64,000 nucleotides of DNA from a virus: IMG/VR virus record IMGVR_UViG_3300042558_004148, positions 207,416-271,415 of that record. The stretch is one strand, 5' to 3'. Under the pieces are notes generated by a model, which worked only from the letters and a program-made list of their open reading frames with translations, searched no databases and was not told the origin of the DNA. Position 1 is the first letter of the stretch; the number at the start of each line of letters is the position of its first letter. The position numbers and the translations under genes were made by a program. Of this stretch, positions 54,464-63,893 are shown in pieces.

Positions 54464-55178
54464 TTGAATTGTAGCCATTCTTTATGGAATCGTGGTGGTT
54501 TATCCAGAATCTTTCTCTCTCGAAAATGAATTTATCAGCTTCTGAATATTCCTTTGTATCATCCGGGATCTTAACAACCTCTATCACTTCAAATGTCCAA
54601 TCACTAATCTCGGTTGTCTTTATCTCATTGTGGAATTTAGTGCTACCGAGTTGGAAAAAGTGTTGATACCATCGGAAAGTAAATGCTTGTGTTGTCTTTC
54701 CTATATAGGATAGACCAGTTTTCTTATTGGTTATCTTGTATATGACAGGAATGTGTTTACCGTTCATTACGTTATCCTCATTCCACTTTACGGTCTCAAT
54801 AAGCTTTGCTTCGTGTTTACATTCATCGGAGCAATATTCAGATCCCTTATTTAAACAATTAGCATCATTGTACTTATCAATTATTCTGAATTCAGATCCA
54901 CAAGTGGAACACTCCCTTGATGAAAATAACCTAGAATGCCCAGAGTTTTCCGTTATTTCAGTTATTGCTAGAAGATATTCATTAGCATCTATATCCTTAT
55001 CAAGAACTCTTAGTGGAAATTTTCTACCGTATTCCTCGTCTATAATTAGTTTAGCTTCCTTTCTATCAGTAGCTGAAACCTTACCACTGAATATGGGAGG
55101 GAAAGCCCATTTCCCATATGAATATGGGTCACTCGGATTATTCTTACCCTTTATCTGATAATAGAATTCCTTCATCAA
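54459..55178 (-). CDS. GIY-YIG nuclease-domain protein with N-terminal Cys cluster (homing-endonuclease-like)
   Basis: IPVIYKITNKKTGLSYIGKTTQAFTFRWYQH...E...NGYN gives GIY ... YIG ... R ... H ... E ... N. N-terminal CSTCGSE...CSDEC. Confidence 0.6.
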   Translation of the reverse strand: MMKEFYYQIKGKNNPSDPYSYGKWAFPPIFSGKVSATDRKEAKLIIDEEYGRKFPLRVLDKDIDANEYLLAITEITENSGHSRLFSSRECSTCGSEFRIIDKYNDANCLNKGSEYCSDECKHEAKLIETVKWNEDNVMNGKHIPVIYKITNKKTGLSYIGKTTQAFTFRWYQHFFQLGSTKFHNEIKTTEISDWTFEVIEVVKIPDDTKEYSEADKFIFERERFWINHHDSIKNGYNSI

Positions 55179-55195
55179 CCGAAAATAATAGGGAG

Positions 55196-55381
55196 TTAAA
55201 GAATTTCACCATCTGCAAGGTCTTCTCCTGCATCTGCAAGGTCTTCACCTGCTGATTGTATTAATTTTTTGGTTGCATCCGCTTCCTCTCCGGTTACTAC
55301 ATTTACAGTGTCCTTTAAGATCGCTACTGGAGTAAGTGCTGTTTTAATAGTTGCACCAACTAAGTTAGATAAAAATCCCAT
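55196..55381 (-). CDS. small hypothetical protein
   Basis: ORF track. Confidence 0.3.
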   Translation of the reverse strand: MGFLSNLVGATIKTALTPVAILKDTVNVVTGEEADATKKLIQSAGEDLADAGEDLADGEIL

Positions 55382-55442
55382 AATTAAATTTATTTTCTTA
55401 TTTATATTAAATGAAATTAATTTAGTTCCCTTGGATATTGGT

Positions 55443-55799
55443 TTAATCCTTCTCGTATCTGATTATCAATTCACCAACAACCTCTATTCTTCCAACAAGC
55501 TCCTGAAATTCCACCGGAGTAATATCCATTTTCTTATAAGTTGATGAATAAAGTTTATCCATCAGATCCTTATACTCATCCTTAGCTTTATCAAGATCGA
55601 ATTTACCATCACCAGCTTTTCTATATGTTGGCAGCTTAACTACAAAGTGATGATAAGTGAGCATGGCATCACCACCTTTTTCCTTTGCTGAATCAGCTAT
55701 CTTTGTAGCACCAGCTAATCTCACATTAGAAAATTCCTCAAAAGATTCGCTTTTGGCCTCATTAATATTTAAACTCGGATAATCTTTAATATATTGCAT
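55443..55799 (-). CDS. hypothetical protein
   Basis: ORF track. Confidence 0.45.
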   Translation of the reverse strand: MQYIKDYPSLNINEAKSESFEEFSNVRLAGATKIADSAKEKGGDAMLTYHHFVVKLPTYRKAGDGKFDLDKAKDEYKDLMDKLYSSTYKKMDITPVEFQELVGRIEVVGELIIRYEKD

Positions 55800-55843
55800 A
55801 TGATTTATAATTTATGTATATATTCAAAAAAATTGATTAAATA

Positions 55844-55876
55844 TTTTTTTATCCCGTAATTATGCATTACTTTTAC
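55844..55876 (+). promoter_or_regulatory. phage promoter: TTTTTTTATCCCGTAA - N9 - TACTTTTA
   Basis: Recurring element upstream of ATG 55902. Confidence 0.45.
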
Positions 55877-55901
55877 CTCATAAATCTTAAAATATAAAAA
55901 T

Positions 55902-56360
55902 ATGACTTACGTTAAGAAAGCAAAAAATGCACAAGCTCCTTCAAACAACAAAGTTTGGACTTCTAAGGACGACAAAACTTTAATCGGAATGGCAAAAGAT
56001 GGTGCTTCCACTGCAGAGATTGCCAAGGAGTTGGGAAGAACTAAAGCTGCTATCTGGGGCAGAAAATATGGCCTAGGTGTTACAGGAAGATTAACATCAT
56101 CTAAAGGACAAGGAATCATGGTACCGGTTTCAATTTCTACGAAAGTTAGAAAGAATGCAGGTAAAAATTCTAAAGTAACAACATCAGCTAAGGGAAGTGT
56201 TGCACGTTCAACTAAACCTGAAGTTATGGTAAATGTTGAGACAGGCTCGGTTAAAGTTTCAAAACCTAGCAAAGGTGCTAAGACAGAAACTATCGGTTTA
56301 GCTATGATCAAAAAGTTTGCTAAAGCAAACGGTGCGAAAGTAACGATCACTTTTGAGTAA
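55902..56360 (+). CDS. Lys-rich HTH DNA-binding protein (histone-like tail)
   Basis: WTSKDDKTLIGMAKDGASTAEIAKELGRTKAAIWGRK is helix-turn-helix-like. The C-terminus is K/T/S-rich. Confidence 0.4.
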   Translation: MTYVKKAKNAQAPSNNKVWTSKDDKTLIGMAKDGASTAEIAKELGRTKAAIWGRKYGLGVTGRLTSSKGQGIMVPVSISTKVRKNAGKNSKVTTSAKGSVARSTKPEVMVNVETGSVKVSKPSKGAKTETIGLAMIKKFAKANGAKVTITFE

Positions 56361-56384
56361 GTAAAAATAGAAATAAATAAATAT

Positions 56385-56418
56385 AAAAAAGGTCCGGCAA
56401 AAGTCGGACCTTTTTATT
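56385..56418 (+). terminator. rho-independent terminator
   Basis: AAAAAAGGTCCGGCaaaaGTCGGACC + TTTTTATT. Confidence 0.7.
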
Positions 56419-56444
56419 GAGGTAATTTTAATGATATATACTGA

Positions 56445-56918
56445 ATGAAACATCTAACAGTATACGAATCATATACAGCAGCAAACGCAGACTATCTACC
56501 GGTTGTAACCAGCGTACCTAATTTTAAGGAGGATTACAAGAGTCTGGCTGAACAATTTTTAGGTGTGGTTAGAAAAGATTATATTACGGGAAAGGATAAG
56601 CCATACAACGTTAAATACGGCGATGACTCATGGTACACACAGGAGTTTTTTAGATGGTGTGAGCTACTTGGTATACCAGTAAAGGTGATATATTTCCAGG
56701 GAAATGGCGATATTAAAGATCATGTAGCTATATTTCTTAATGGATATATTATAGACTTTACCTACAAAAAAATATCAGGTAATCCCAAGGATAATTATTA
56801 TGTAGGTAATGCTAAAGGGTATCTGAAGTATGGTTATAGTGATTCGAAAACTGATATATTGGAAGAATTCCCATCATGGGTAGAAAGATATCAATCTCCT
56901 ATAAAGAAGACCAATTAA
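56445..56918 (+). CDS. hypothetical protein
   Basis: ORF track. Confidence 0.45.
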   Translation: MKHLTVYESYTAANADYLPVVTSVPNFKEDYKSLAEQFLGVVRKDYITGKDKPYNVKYGDDSWYTQEFFRWCELLGIPVKVIYFQGNGDIKDHVAIFLNGYIIDFTYKKISGNPKDNYYVGNAKGYLKYGYSDSKTDILEEFPSWVERYQSPIKKTN

Positions 56919-56966
56919 TCGATCTTAGTTAAAATCTCCCAATAATACCATTCCCAACAGTTTCGT

Positions 56967-57326
56967 TTAATATCTTGTCGGAATTCTTCCAGCTGGTCTA
57001 TCACCCATATTGGGATTACCTCCGCTCATCTTAGCCATGACTAATCCAAATAGAAAAGCATTGAAAGCTTCATAGTGGTCTGAAGCATATATTACATTGT
57101 CATTAATAGCTACACCTGATTGTCCATCTGGGGTGTGTCTGATTGATAAATGTGGGTACATTCTTTTAACATCAGCTTCCAATTTAGCTCTCATAGCTTC
57201 CTGCTCTCTTGTAACAACCTCAGTCTCGCTTCTTAAAGCAGGAGTTGAATCGGTATCATTAGATGCTAATTGCGGAACGTTGCTATTCTCATTAACAAAA
57301 TCAGAATATATTTTTATGTTTTCCAT
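56967..57326 (-). CDS. hypothetical protein
   Basis: ORF track. Confidence 0.4.
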   Translation of the reverse strand: MENIKIYSDFVNENSNVPQLASNDTDSTPALRSETEVVTREQEAMRAKLEADVKRMYPHLSIRHTPDGQSGVAINDNVIYASDHYEAFNAFLFGLVMAKMSGGNPNMGDRPAGRIPTRY

Positions 57327-57353
57327 AATAAATTTTTATTTCATCTATATATC

Positions 57354-57391
57354 AAAAAAGAAGGATGAAAGTAGCGAACCTTTCATCCTTC
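57354..57391 (-). terminator. rho-independent terminator (minus strand)
   Basis: 12-bp stem GAAGGATGAAAG/CTTTCATCCTTC with the T-run on the minus strand; downstream of the minus-strand gene 57456..58514. Confidence 0.6.
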
Positions 57392-57455
57392 AGTGATCGT
57401 AACCACTCCGGTCCTAAAATGGGGCACTAAGCCCGCCGGATAAAATATATATCAT

Positions 57456-58514
57456 TTAGATTATACCTATATCAAGTCCTGATGCGATCTTGCTATAATC
57501 TCTTATTCCAGTTCTTTTAAGAACCTCCGCTTTCATTTCAGGATTACCATTTAGCTTAATTATATCCAGCGGATTCTTTTTAATGTACTCATCCAGGATT
57601 TCCTGCCATGAACCATCATTATCAGATAAAGCGATATCGTGATATAGGTTAGTAAGTATATCCGATTTTTTTGATCCATTTTTATCAGTTATAAATATTT
57701 CAACCTTCTTAATGTATTTAGTTAAAATTTCATCAATCTTCTGTATCATCGGATAACTATTCTGATAGCCGAGCTTCATTTTAATTCTTATATAACGATC
57801 TCTATATTTGGATGTTTTCACTTCGCTTCCTGGTTTACCAGGAGAAATGTTGACAGTGTCAATACCATTCTTAAAGACAACCATTCCGCTACCTTTAAGG
57901 AGGGAAGCTATAATATGGAATGGCCACGATTTATTATGCTCTCCGTATACTTGATGAGAAAAATTCATGGTGATAGAATCATCCTTATTAACACTAGATG
58001 TACTTAATCCATTAAGAAGAAGTCTGTCCATTAAAGGGGTTCTTATTTTACTAAAGTCATTTAGAACACCAGGATTAAAGCTTTCCCTATATTTCTTATA
58101 AATATCACCTCCAGAAAGAGAATCCATACTGGCATTAGCCAATATCCATTTCTTATCCGAAACCATCTTATCAACTTCGTTTCTAGTAAAACCGCTTGGA
58201 GCCACCTTCTTAATACAGTCAATAACCATTTCTTCGAACAGTTTAGAAAGATCGGATGATGTTTGTTTTCCGTAATCTCTTCCCGATGAGCTGTAGGTAT
58301 AATTCCAATTGGATCCTGTTTTCCAGAAGTAGGTCATAACAGGAAGGAATCGGCTGGTTACATATACTCTTCCAGTCTTTACTGGTTTGGTTTTAATAAG
58401 TGATTCTAGTTTTTTACCCCACTCCGTAGAATTTAATGCTTTCATAAACTCCTCAGCTTCTGGATGTAAAGCTTTTTCAGCCTCAAATAATCTGAATGTT
58501 CTTAGGTTTTTCAT
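57456..58514 (-). CDS. hypothetical protein
   Basis: ORF track; 352 aa. Confidence 0.45.
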   Translation of the reverse strand: MKNLRTFRLFEAEKALHPEAEEFMKALNSTEWGKKLESLIKTKPVKTGRVYVTSRFLPVMTYFWKTGSNWNYTYSSSGRDYGKQTSSDLSKLFEEMVIDCIKKVAPSGFTRNEVDKMVSDKKWILANASMDSLSGGDIYKKYRESFNPGVLNDFSKIRTPLMDRLLLNGLSTSSVNKDDSITMNFSHQVYGEHNKSWPFHIIASLLKGSGMVVFKNGIDTVNISPGKPGSEVKTSKYRDRYIRIKMKLGYQNSYPMIQKIDEILTKYIKKVEIFITDKNGSKKSDILTNLYHDIALSDNDGSWQEILDEYIKKNPLDIIKLNGNPEMKAEVLKRTGIRDYSKIASGLDIGII

Positions 58515-58528
58515 GATGTATATATCCG

Positions 58529-59521
58529 CTATATTACATCCTTTATCGACATAAAGTTTCTGAATGCCTCATACTTTCTAACATCCTCTTCCGTTACTGT
58601 CGGAAGGTCATTGTACATGTGGATCTGATCTTCTAATGGTATTTTCTTCCATATCTTAAGCAAACCTTTACTGTAGTCACCACCAGCAGCCTTCATAGCA
58701 TTAAAAGCCAGCTTAAGAGATTTGCTACTAACCACGTTACCCTCCAGATCTATATCTCTAAGAGTTAGATTAATAGGTGCACCTTTCATAGAAACAAGTT
58801 CATTATGGGACACTACCAGCCTTCTTCGTATTTCCGGACATCCTACAAGGTCACGCAATTTATTATCGGCGCAATTTAATGTAGCCAGCGATAGATTTTT
58901 TAACGGTTCCAATGATGTTATTTCATTATATGAGCATTTTAGATCTCCGTCTATATATTTGGAAATGTATTTTAGAGAGGTCAATTTATTATTGGAACAG
59001 TCGTATTCGCTCACCCAATCCGGTCCATTCTTAAGGGATGTCAGTTCATTATGAGAGCAATCAAAATGGTAGGAAACCTTTCTTGGTAGGGCTGACCAAA
59101 GCTGCTTGAGCCCGGAATGTCTAATGCTAAAATATCTACAATTACCAAACTTTACGTCCTTCATCGTTTTAAATATTGCCAGCCTTAATTTTTTATCTTT
59201 TTTCGATTCTTCTCTATACCATCTACTCTTGGATTCAAGACCAAGATCAACTGATGCTAAAGTTCCATCAATATTAACAGATTCTGTAGAATAGTCAAAA
59301 TTCCACGAGCTACTAAACCCATTTAGTATTTTTTTGACATCTTCACTAAGATGTGGAGGATCATTGTACTTTTTTAATAACCTATGAGATGCATCAAATA
59401 TTGCTCTGAATTCCTCCGAATCGGTTTCATTAAGACCCTCGATGGCTCCGATCACTTTCTTATGTAATTCAGCATTCCATGATGGTTTTTTCACTACTCT
59501 TTTTGCCATAATATTATCCAA
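58529..59521 (-). CDS. leucine-rich-repeat (LRR) protein
   Basis: Tandem ~22-aa LRR-like units: CSHNELTSLKNGP, CSNNKLTSLKYIS, CSYNEITSLEPLK, CADNKLRDLVGCP, SHNELVSMKGAP. Confidence 0.5.
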   Translation of the reverse strand: MDNIMAKRVVKKPSWNAELHKKVIGAIEGLNETDSEEFRAIFDASHRLLKKYNDPPHLSEDVKKILNGFSSSWNFDYSTESVNIDGTLASVDLGLESKSRWYREESKKDKKLRLAIFKTMKDVKFGNCRYFSIRHSGLKQLWSALPRKVSYHFDCSHNELTSLKNGPDWVSEYDCSNNKLTSLKYISKYIDGDLKCSYNEITSLEPLKNLSLATLNCADNKLRDLVGCPEIRRRLVVSHNELVSMKGAPINLTLRDIDLEGNVVSSKSLKLAFNAMKAAGGDYSKGLLKIWKKIPLEDQIHMYNDLPTVTEEDVRKYEAFRNFMSIKDVI

Positions 59522-59584
59522 GATATCGATATTATATGTGATGATCGATATTAGGTTCCAAAATGGTGATGACTAAATACCACA

Positions 59585-59624
59585 AAAAAGGCTCAGTATT
59601 TTAATTTCTGAGCCTTTTTTATTA
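59585..59624 (-). terminator. rho-independent terminator (bidirectional-capable)
   Basis: AAAAAAGGCTCAGtattttaatttCTGAGCCTTTTTTATT. Confidence 0.65.
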
Positions 59625-60164
59625 TTCTAATGCGTGATTTTCCCAATGTCCTTCCGGATAACTAGGATTTATATAACATGTAAACTTTGTCCAGTCCTTT
59701 CTTTTATCTTCGTTCCAATGATTCCATCTAGCATCCTCGTCCATAAATGGTTGATAACCTGATTTCTTTATTAGCTCAACAAGCCAATTAAGTAATTCTT
59801 TAATTAATGAATCATCCTTCTCACCCTCAATCTCAATGGAACATGCAATCCATGGTGTTCTTTGGACTTTACCTGATCTATCAGAGCTACCATATGTTAA
59901 AAGCTCGGGATAAAAAACCATACCAGTTTTGTTTATCCATTCCTTATTAGGAACATCCGGATTTAATTCAAACGGGGTTTCTATTTCAATATACCCGGTA
60001 TCTACTTGATTACATTCTTTGTTTTTAAGAATGGCCGCAATAGCATCCTCTATCTCAGTATCAAGTTCTGGAGAAATGTCTATGAGTGATTCATTTATAT
60101 GCGAGCTGAAAGATTTTATATACTTCATCTTATTATGCATTTTCGTTCGCCCAATCCTGTGCAA
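59622..60164 (-). CDS. hypothetical protein
   Basis: ORF track. Confidence 0.45.
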   Translation of the reverse strand: MHRIGRTKMHNKMKYIKSFSSHINESLIDISPELDTEIEDAIAAILKNKECNQVDTGYIEIETPFELNPDVPNKEWINKTGMVFYPELLTYGSSDRSGKVQRTPWIACSIEIEGEKDDSLIKELLNWLVELIKKSGYQPFMDEDARWNHWNEDKRKDWTKFTCYINPSYPEGHWENHALE

Positions 60165-60384
60165 TCTCTGGATGCATCGAATTAAGTTCGTCTAGTTCAA
60201 CTTCAGTAAGTGGTGTTCCGTCCGTGTATTCAGCATAGGAAACGTATGAGTCAACGAAGTCTGGTCTATCATTAGTATCTATACCATCAACCTCAATTGT
60301 GCTAAGGTCCAAACCTTTATCCTTGAATAGGAATATAAATTCAGGCTTCCCTGCAAAATCCTCAAATAATCTAATATGTTTCAT
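60133..60384 (-). CDS. hypothetical acidic protein
   Basis: ORF track. Confidence 0.4.
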   Translation of the reverse strand: MKHIRLFEDFAGKPEFIFLFKDKGLDLSTIEVDGIDTNDRPDFVDSYVSYAEYTDGTPLTEVELDELNSMHPEIAQDWANENA

Positions 60385-60464
60385 AATTTATTTATTATAT
60401 TAATCTATATATCAATTTAAAATAGTTATAAATTCTTCATAACTAAAAACATAAAATACAAATT

Positions 60465-60499
60465 TATTTTTTTATACCGGGGAATTCTCAGATATTTGC
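60465..60499 (+). promoter_or_regulatory. phage promoter: TTTTTTTATACCGGG - N9 - GATATTTG
   Basis: Recurring element upstream of ATG 60543. Confidence 0.45.
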
Positions 60500-60542
60500 A
60501 TAATAAATCGATGAAATCAATTAATTCAAAATAAAAAAACAT

Positions 60543-61577
60543 ATGGGAAGTTGGTCAGTAAGCTGTGGAATTAGCAATATCGCAATCACATCAGGAAATG
60601 AATGTTGCATCATTCCGCTAAATGAATCAGGTCAAGACTATGGTGGGTATTTACCTACTACATTACCAATTTTTGGTAAGTATGATGACTATGGCGGTAT
60701 GGAAGACATAGTTGAGGATGAGAACACTAAACTCATAGAGGACTTTTTCGGTATCACAATTGCTGAATTTATTGAATTTTTGGTTGATGGAGAATATACT
60801 TTCGATAGACGTGAGGTTAAACCAATCAGACAAAAGCTAGAAGACAATGGAAAACTAGAGCACATCGAGAAATGGCGTTTTATGTGGGTGGATAAACAGG
60901 TTTATGATGTTATGGCACAATCATATGACGAACATGAGAAGGGACATCATGACTTTGGTACACCAGAAATGTTATCATTGTTAGGCTTCACACTTATTGA
61001 TGGTGAAATCACAAACTACGATCCAAAACGTTTCAATAAGAAATATAAAAAAGGTGATTTGATTGTATATTCTGATGATAGAACAATGTTATCAGAAGCT
61101 AATCGATACATTTTTTATACCGATAAAGGTTGCGAGAGTAGTCTTACCACATACACAGAATTACCAGAAGAATTAGCGTACATTAAGGATAAAACCAGTA
61201 GTGAAATTTGGCGATTAATGTCCAAAGTAAAGCAGAAGGAAAAGCTGGGTTATATCTTTGGGAATCGTTATGATCTGGATATCGACGAGGGACTATTAGC
61301 TAACTTAAAAGATGCAATAGAAAAAACAGGTGATGTACTTGGTATTAAAATCAACAAAAAATCAATCTATAAACAATACTTCGACAATATGGAGGAATTT
61401 GGTGATAAAATCGTTGGATTACTTAATGTTCGTGGTAATATGCATCCTATGTCCAGCAGATTTTTTCCACACGTATTGTATCTAACCCCACAATGTGGTG
61501 AACATGAACAACACCAAATATTGCTTGAAGCATTTGCAAAGATTAATAAATCATACATCGAAGAATATGAAGACTAA
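60543..61577 (+). CDS. hypothetical protein
   Basis: ORF track. Confidence 0.45.
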   Translation: MGSWSVSCGISNIAITSGNECCIIPLNESGQDYGGYLPTTLPIFGKYDDYGGMEDIVEDENTKLIEDFFGITIAEFIEFLVDGEYTFDRREVKPIRQKLEDNGKLEHIEKWRFMWVDKQVYDVMAQSYDEHEKGHHDFGTPEMLSLLGFTLIDGEITNYDPKRFNKKYKKGDLIVYSDDRTMLSEANRYIFYTDKGCESSLTTYTELPEELAYIKDKTSSEIWRLMSKVKQKEKLGYIFGNRYDLDIDEGLLANLKDAIEKTGDVLGIKINKKSIYKQYFDNMEEFGDKIVGLLNVRGNMHPMSSRFFPHVLYLTPQCGEHEQHQILLEAFAKINKSYIEEYED

Positions 61578-62151
61578 TAACGAAACGACGCTTAAAGCAT
61601 CAAAAAAAGGAAATTATTTCCAGATCGATTATGTTAATGGGCTGGACCATGTTCCATCACACTACAATAAATACGTATGGGCTTTGAGCAAGAAGCATGC
61701 TAGAGAATTTATCAAACGTGTAGCTGAGATTGAAACCAGCATCAAGGAAATTCTTATCAGAGACGGTTTACCTTATGATTACCGTTTGATTGTTTATTTG
61801 TATTTGAATGCGATTGATAATATATCATCTGGGTTAGATATTAGAAGCAATATGAGTAGTTCAGAATTGGCTGATCGTTTTGTATATGGTTATGACCACA
61901 AATACAAAGAAGCGTATACGTTTTGTAAAGATACGCTAGATCATGTTGAAACTACTGGCAAGTTCGATAGCTACATGAAAGATTGGAGAAGACACGATAA
62001 ACACAATGAACTTGTTCGTGAATTTAACCTACCATTAAAACGACTGGAACTGGAAGACTTCCATGTTGATGAATTAAAGAATATGAGTGAAGCATTGGAT
62101 ATGCTGCACAAATTGATTGACGAACAAAAAGAGTTAGTAGATGGGAAATAA
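61567..62151 (+). CDS. hypothetical protein
   Basis: The internal ATG at 61567 is preferred over the track start inside the upstream gene. Confidence 0.4.
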   Translation: MKTNNETTLKASKKGNYFQIDYVNGLDHVPSHYNKYVWALSKKHAREFIKRVAEIETSIKEILIRDGLPYDYRLIVYLYLNAIDNISSGLDIRSNMSSSELADRFVYGYDHKYKEAYTFCKDTLDHVETTGKFDSYMKDWRRHDKHNELVREFNLPLKRLELEDFHVDELKNMSEALDMLHKLIDEQKELVDGK

Positions 62152-62401
62152 TGAAGCAGATCAAATCAAGTGCTATTGCGGACATACAGATTACTGTGAT
62201 TGCGGTCCAGATGTTGTTGGTGATGCCAATGAAATTGAGAAGCTGGTGGAGTCATGGAGACAAAGACAGCTGAAATATGAGGACCTTGCTCAAAAGCACT
62301 CGGATAACGAGCACAATTTTAAAAAATTTACATATAAAGCAATGGCTACTAGAGATTGCTGGAAGGAACTATTAGAATTAGTAAACAAATCAAAAAATTA
62401 A
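62141..62401 (+). CDS. hypothetical Cys/His-containing protein
   Basis: ORF track; CYCGHTDYCDC. Confidence 0.4.
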   Translation: MGNNEADQIKCYCGHTDYCDCGPDVVGDANEIEKLVESWRQRQLKYEDLAQKHSDNEHNFKKFTYKAMATRDCWKELLELVNKSKN

Positions 62402-62407
62402 ATTAAA

Positions 62408-62731
62408 ATGACTCAAGAAGAATTAAAGCAAAAGTTTGCACAGAAAATGTTGGATGAGAATCTAGATTTCTTACCATTGGAAGAATCCCTACAATTAGTG
62501 GATTGCGATATTAACCTAGACACCCGATTTTCATGGGTTATAAATGTGGAGGAACTTGGTACCGAGGATAGAGATTATGACGAAATGACCACGGAGGAAC
62601 TTCTGGGAAATTACAGAGAAGTTTTTGGTGATTCTGATTGTGGCTTAAAAGTTGGTAATAGTGATCAAGAATTTTCTGAATTCACTATGGAATTAGCTCC
62701 GGCACCAACTTATATCGATTTAATCAAATAA
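62408..62731 (+). CDS. hypothetical acidic protein
   Basis: ORF track. Confidence 0.4.
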   Translation: MTQEELKQKFAQKMLDENLDFLPLEESLQLVDCDINLDTRFSWVINVEELGTEDRDYDEMTTEELLGNYREVFGDSDCGLKVGNSDQEFSEFTMELAPAPTYIDLIK

Positions 62732-62734
62732 GTT

Positions 62735-62932
62735 ATGTCGAATCGGGTAAGATCTGGATGGAAAGACTTTTTAAATTGGCTGATAGGCTTACCCAAATGT
62801 AAAAAAGGTGGTCGATGCAATATGGATTCTGAAATTGAATATACCATGAAATCTGGAAAATTCTTTCGAAAAAGTAACAGATGGGCATGTTCTAAATGTC
62901 ATACAGAGACAACCAAATATGGAGAAATTTAA
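62735..62932 (+). CDS. zinc-ribbon protein
   Basis: CKKGGRC...CSKCH. Confidence 0.4.
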   Translation: MSNRVRSGWKDFLNWLIGLPKCKKGGRCNMDSEIEYTMKSGKFFRKSNRWACSKCHTETTKYGEI

Positions 62933-62975
62933 AACCTCGCTTGGGTAGGTAAAAGCTAATTAATAATATGAAAAA
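62931..62975 (+). repeat. intergenic direct repeat copy 1 (AAACCTCGCTTGGGTAGGTAAAAGCTAA...AATATGAAAA)
   Basis: About 36/40 identical to copy 2 at 63195..63240; each spans a stop codon and the next start. Confidence 0.55.
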
Positions 62976-63207
62976 TTTAATCATCACCGTGTCTGGTGAA
63001 ACTAACTCAGGAAAGTCTCGTATAATGCTATTACTAAAGGATTTTCTAAGAGAAAATGATTTTATAGTCGAATTTGACGGTGGAATCGATTATGAAAACG
63101 AGAATCAATTCAACGAACACGTGAGCAAAAATTTCGATCATGTAATTGAGCATGTGAAAAATACAAAAACTATAACGTTGAAAGAAGAACAACTAAACCT
63201 CGCTTGA
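62968..63207 (+). CDS. small P-loop-like protein
   Basis: SGETNSGKS (GxxxxGKS). Confidence 0.35.
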   Translation: MKNLIITVSGETNSGKSRIMLLLKDFLRENDFIVEFDGGIDYENENQFNEHVSKNFDHVIEHVKNTKTITLKEEQLNLA

Positions 63208-63240
63208 ATAGGTAAAAGCTAACACGTAATATGAAAATAT
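63195..63240 (+). repeat. intergenic direct repeat copy 2
   Basis: AAACCTCGCTTGAATAGGTAAAAGCTAACACGTAATATGAAAAT. Confidence 0.55.
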
Positions 63241-63821
63241 CAGTAAATCAAGATGACTCATTCCAATTAGAGGAAGTTTATCTGCCGATAGTTCTAGTAT
63301 CCGACGATAAGGAGGAAATGTCTATCGTAATGAGAGACAGCGGATTTGAGTTCAAGTATCAAGGGGATTGGTACATTGCAAAGAATGGAGTAGTTGAGCT
63401 TCTAAGAAAACAGGATCTGTCCGGTGCATTAAAAGAAGCACCAGATACGGCAACAGCACAGTACGAAACACCAAATGCCGTTGATTTTATGGATCTAGCT
63501 CCACAAACAACATTACAAACAACAAGAGGTGATGTAGTACCAGATGTGGATACGACGGGGAATGGAAAGCTGGTTGAAGCCATATTGAGAGAATATATTT
63601 CTGAAAATCTATTTAATGGTTCAGAAGGATTAAAGGAATTACTTCAGAAAGAAATGGATAATCGTTTAGAATTCACTGTGATAGTATTTGACGTGGAGAG
63701 TGGTGATGGATTCATTCACGGATCTGCTGGTTATCACTCGGATGGAAAGATGAGAATAGCTAACTTTACGGTGACGTCATACTTAGGTGATGTTATTTCT
63801 TCCGAAAATAAAGCGGATTAG
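63231..63821 (+). CDS. hypothetical protein
   Basis: ORF track. Confidence 0.45.
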   Translation: MKISVNQDDSFQLEEVYLPIVLVSDDKEEMSIVMRDSGFEFKYQGDWYIAKNGVVELLRKQDLSGALKEAPDTATAQYETPNAVDFMDLAPQTTLQTTRGDVVPDVDTTGNGKLVEAILREYISENLFNGSEGLKELLQKEMDNRLEFTVIVFDVESGDGFIHGSAGYHSDGKMRIANFTVTSYLGDVISSENKAD

Positions 63822-63857
63822 TCAGCCTAATAGGCTACTCAAAAATATAATATGGAT

Positions 63858-63893
63858 AGGAATGTCTTAATTAAGGCATTCCTATTTTTTTTA
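63858..63893 (+). terminator. rho-independent terminator followed by a phage promoter
   Basis: AGGAATGtcttaattaaggCATTCCT + ATTTTTTTT, then TTACCCGCAA ... TACATTTA (63908..63915). Confidence 0.55.

Noticed and set aside
55907-56350. Minus-strand ORF 55907..56350.
   Set aside because: It is antisense to the + strand HTH gene 55902..56360, which has a promoter and a terminator.
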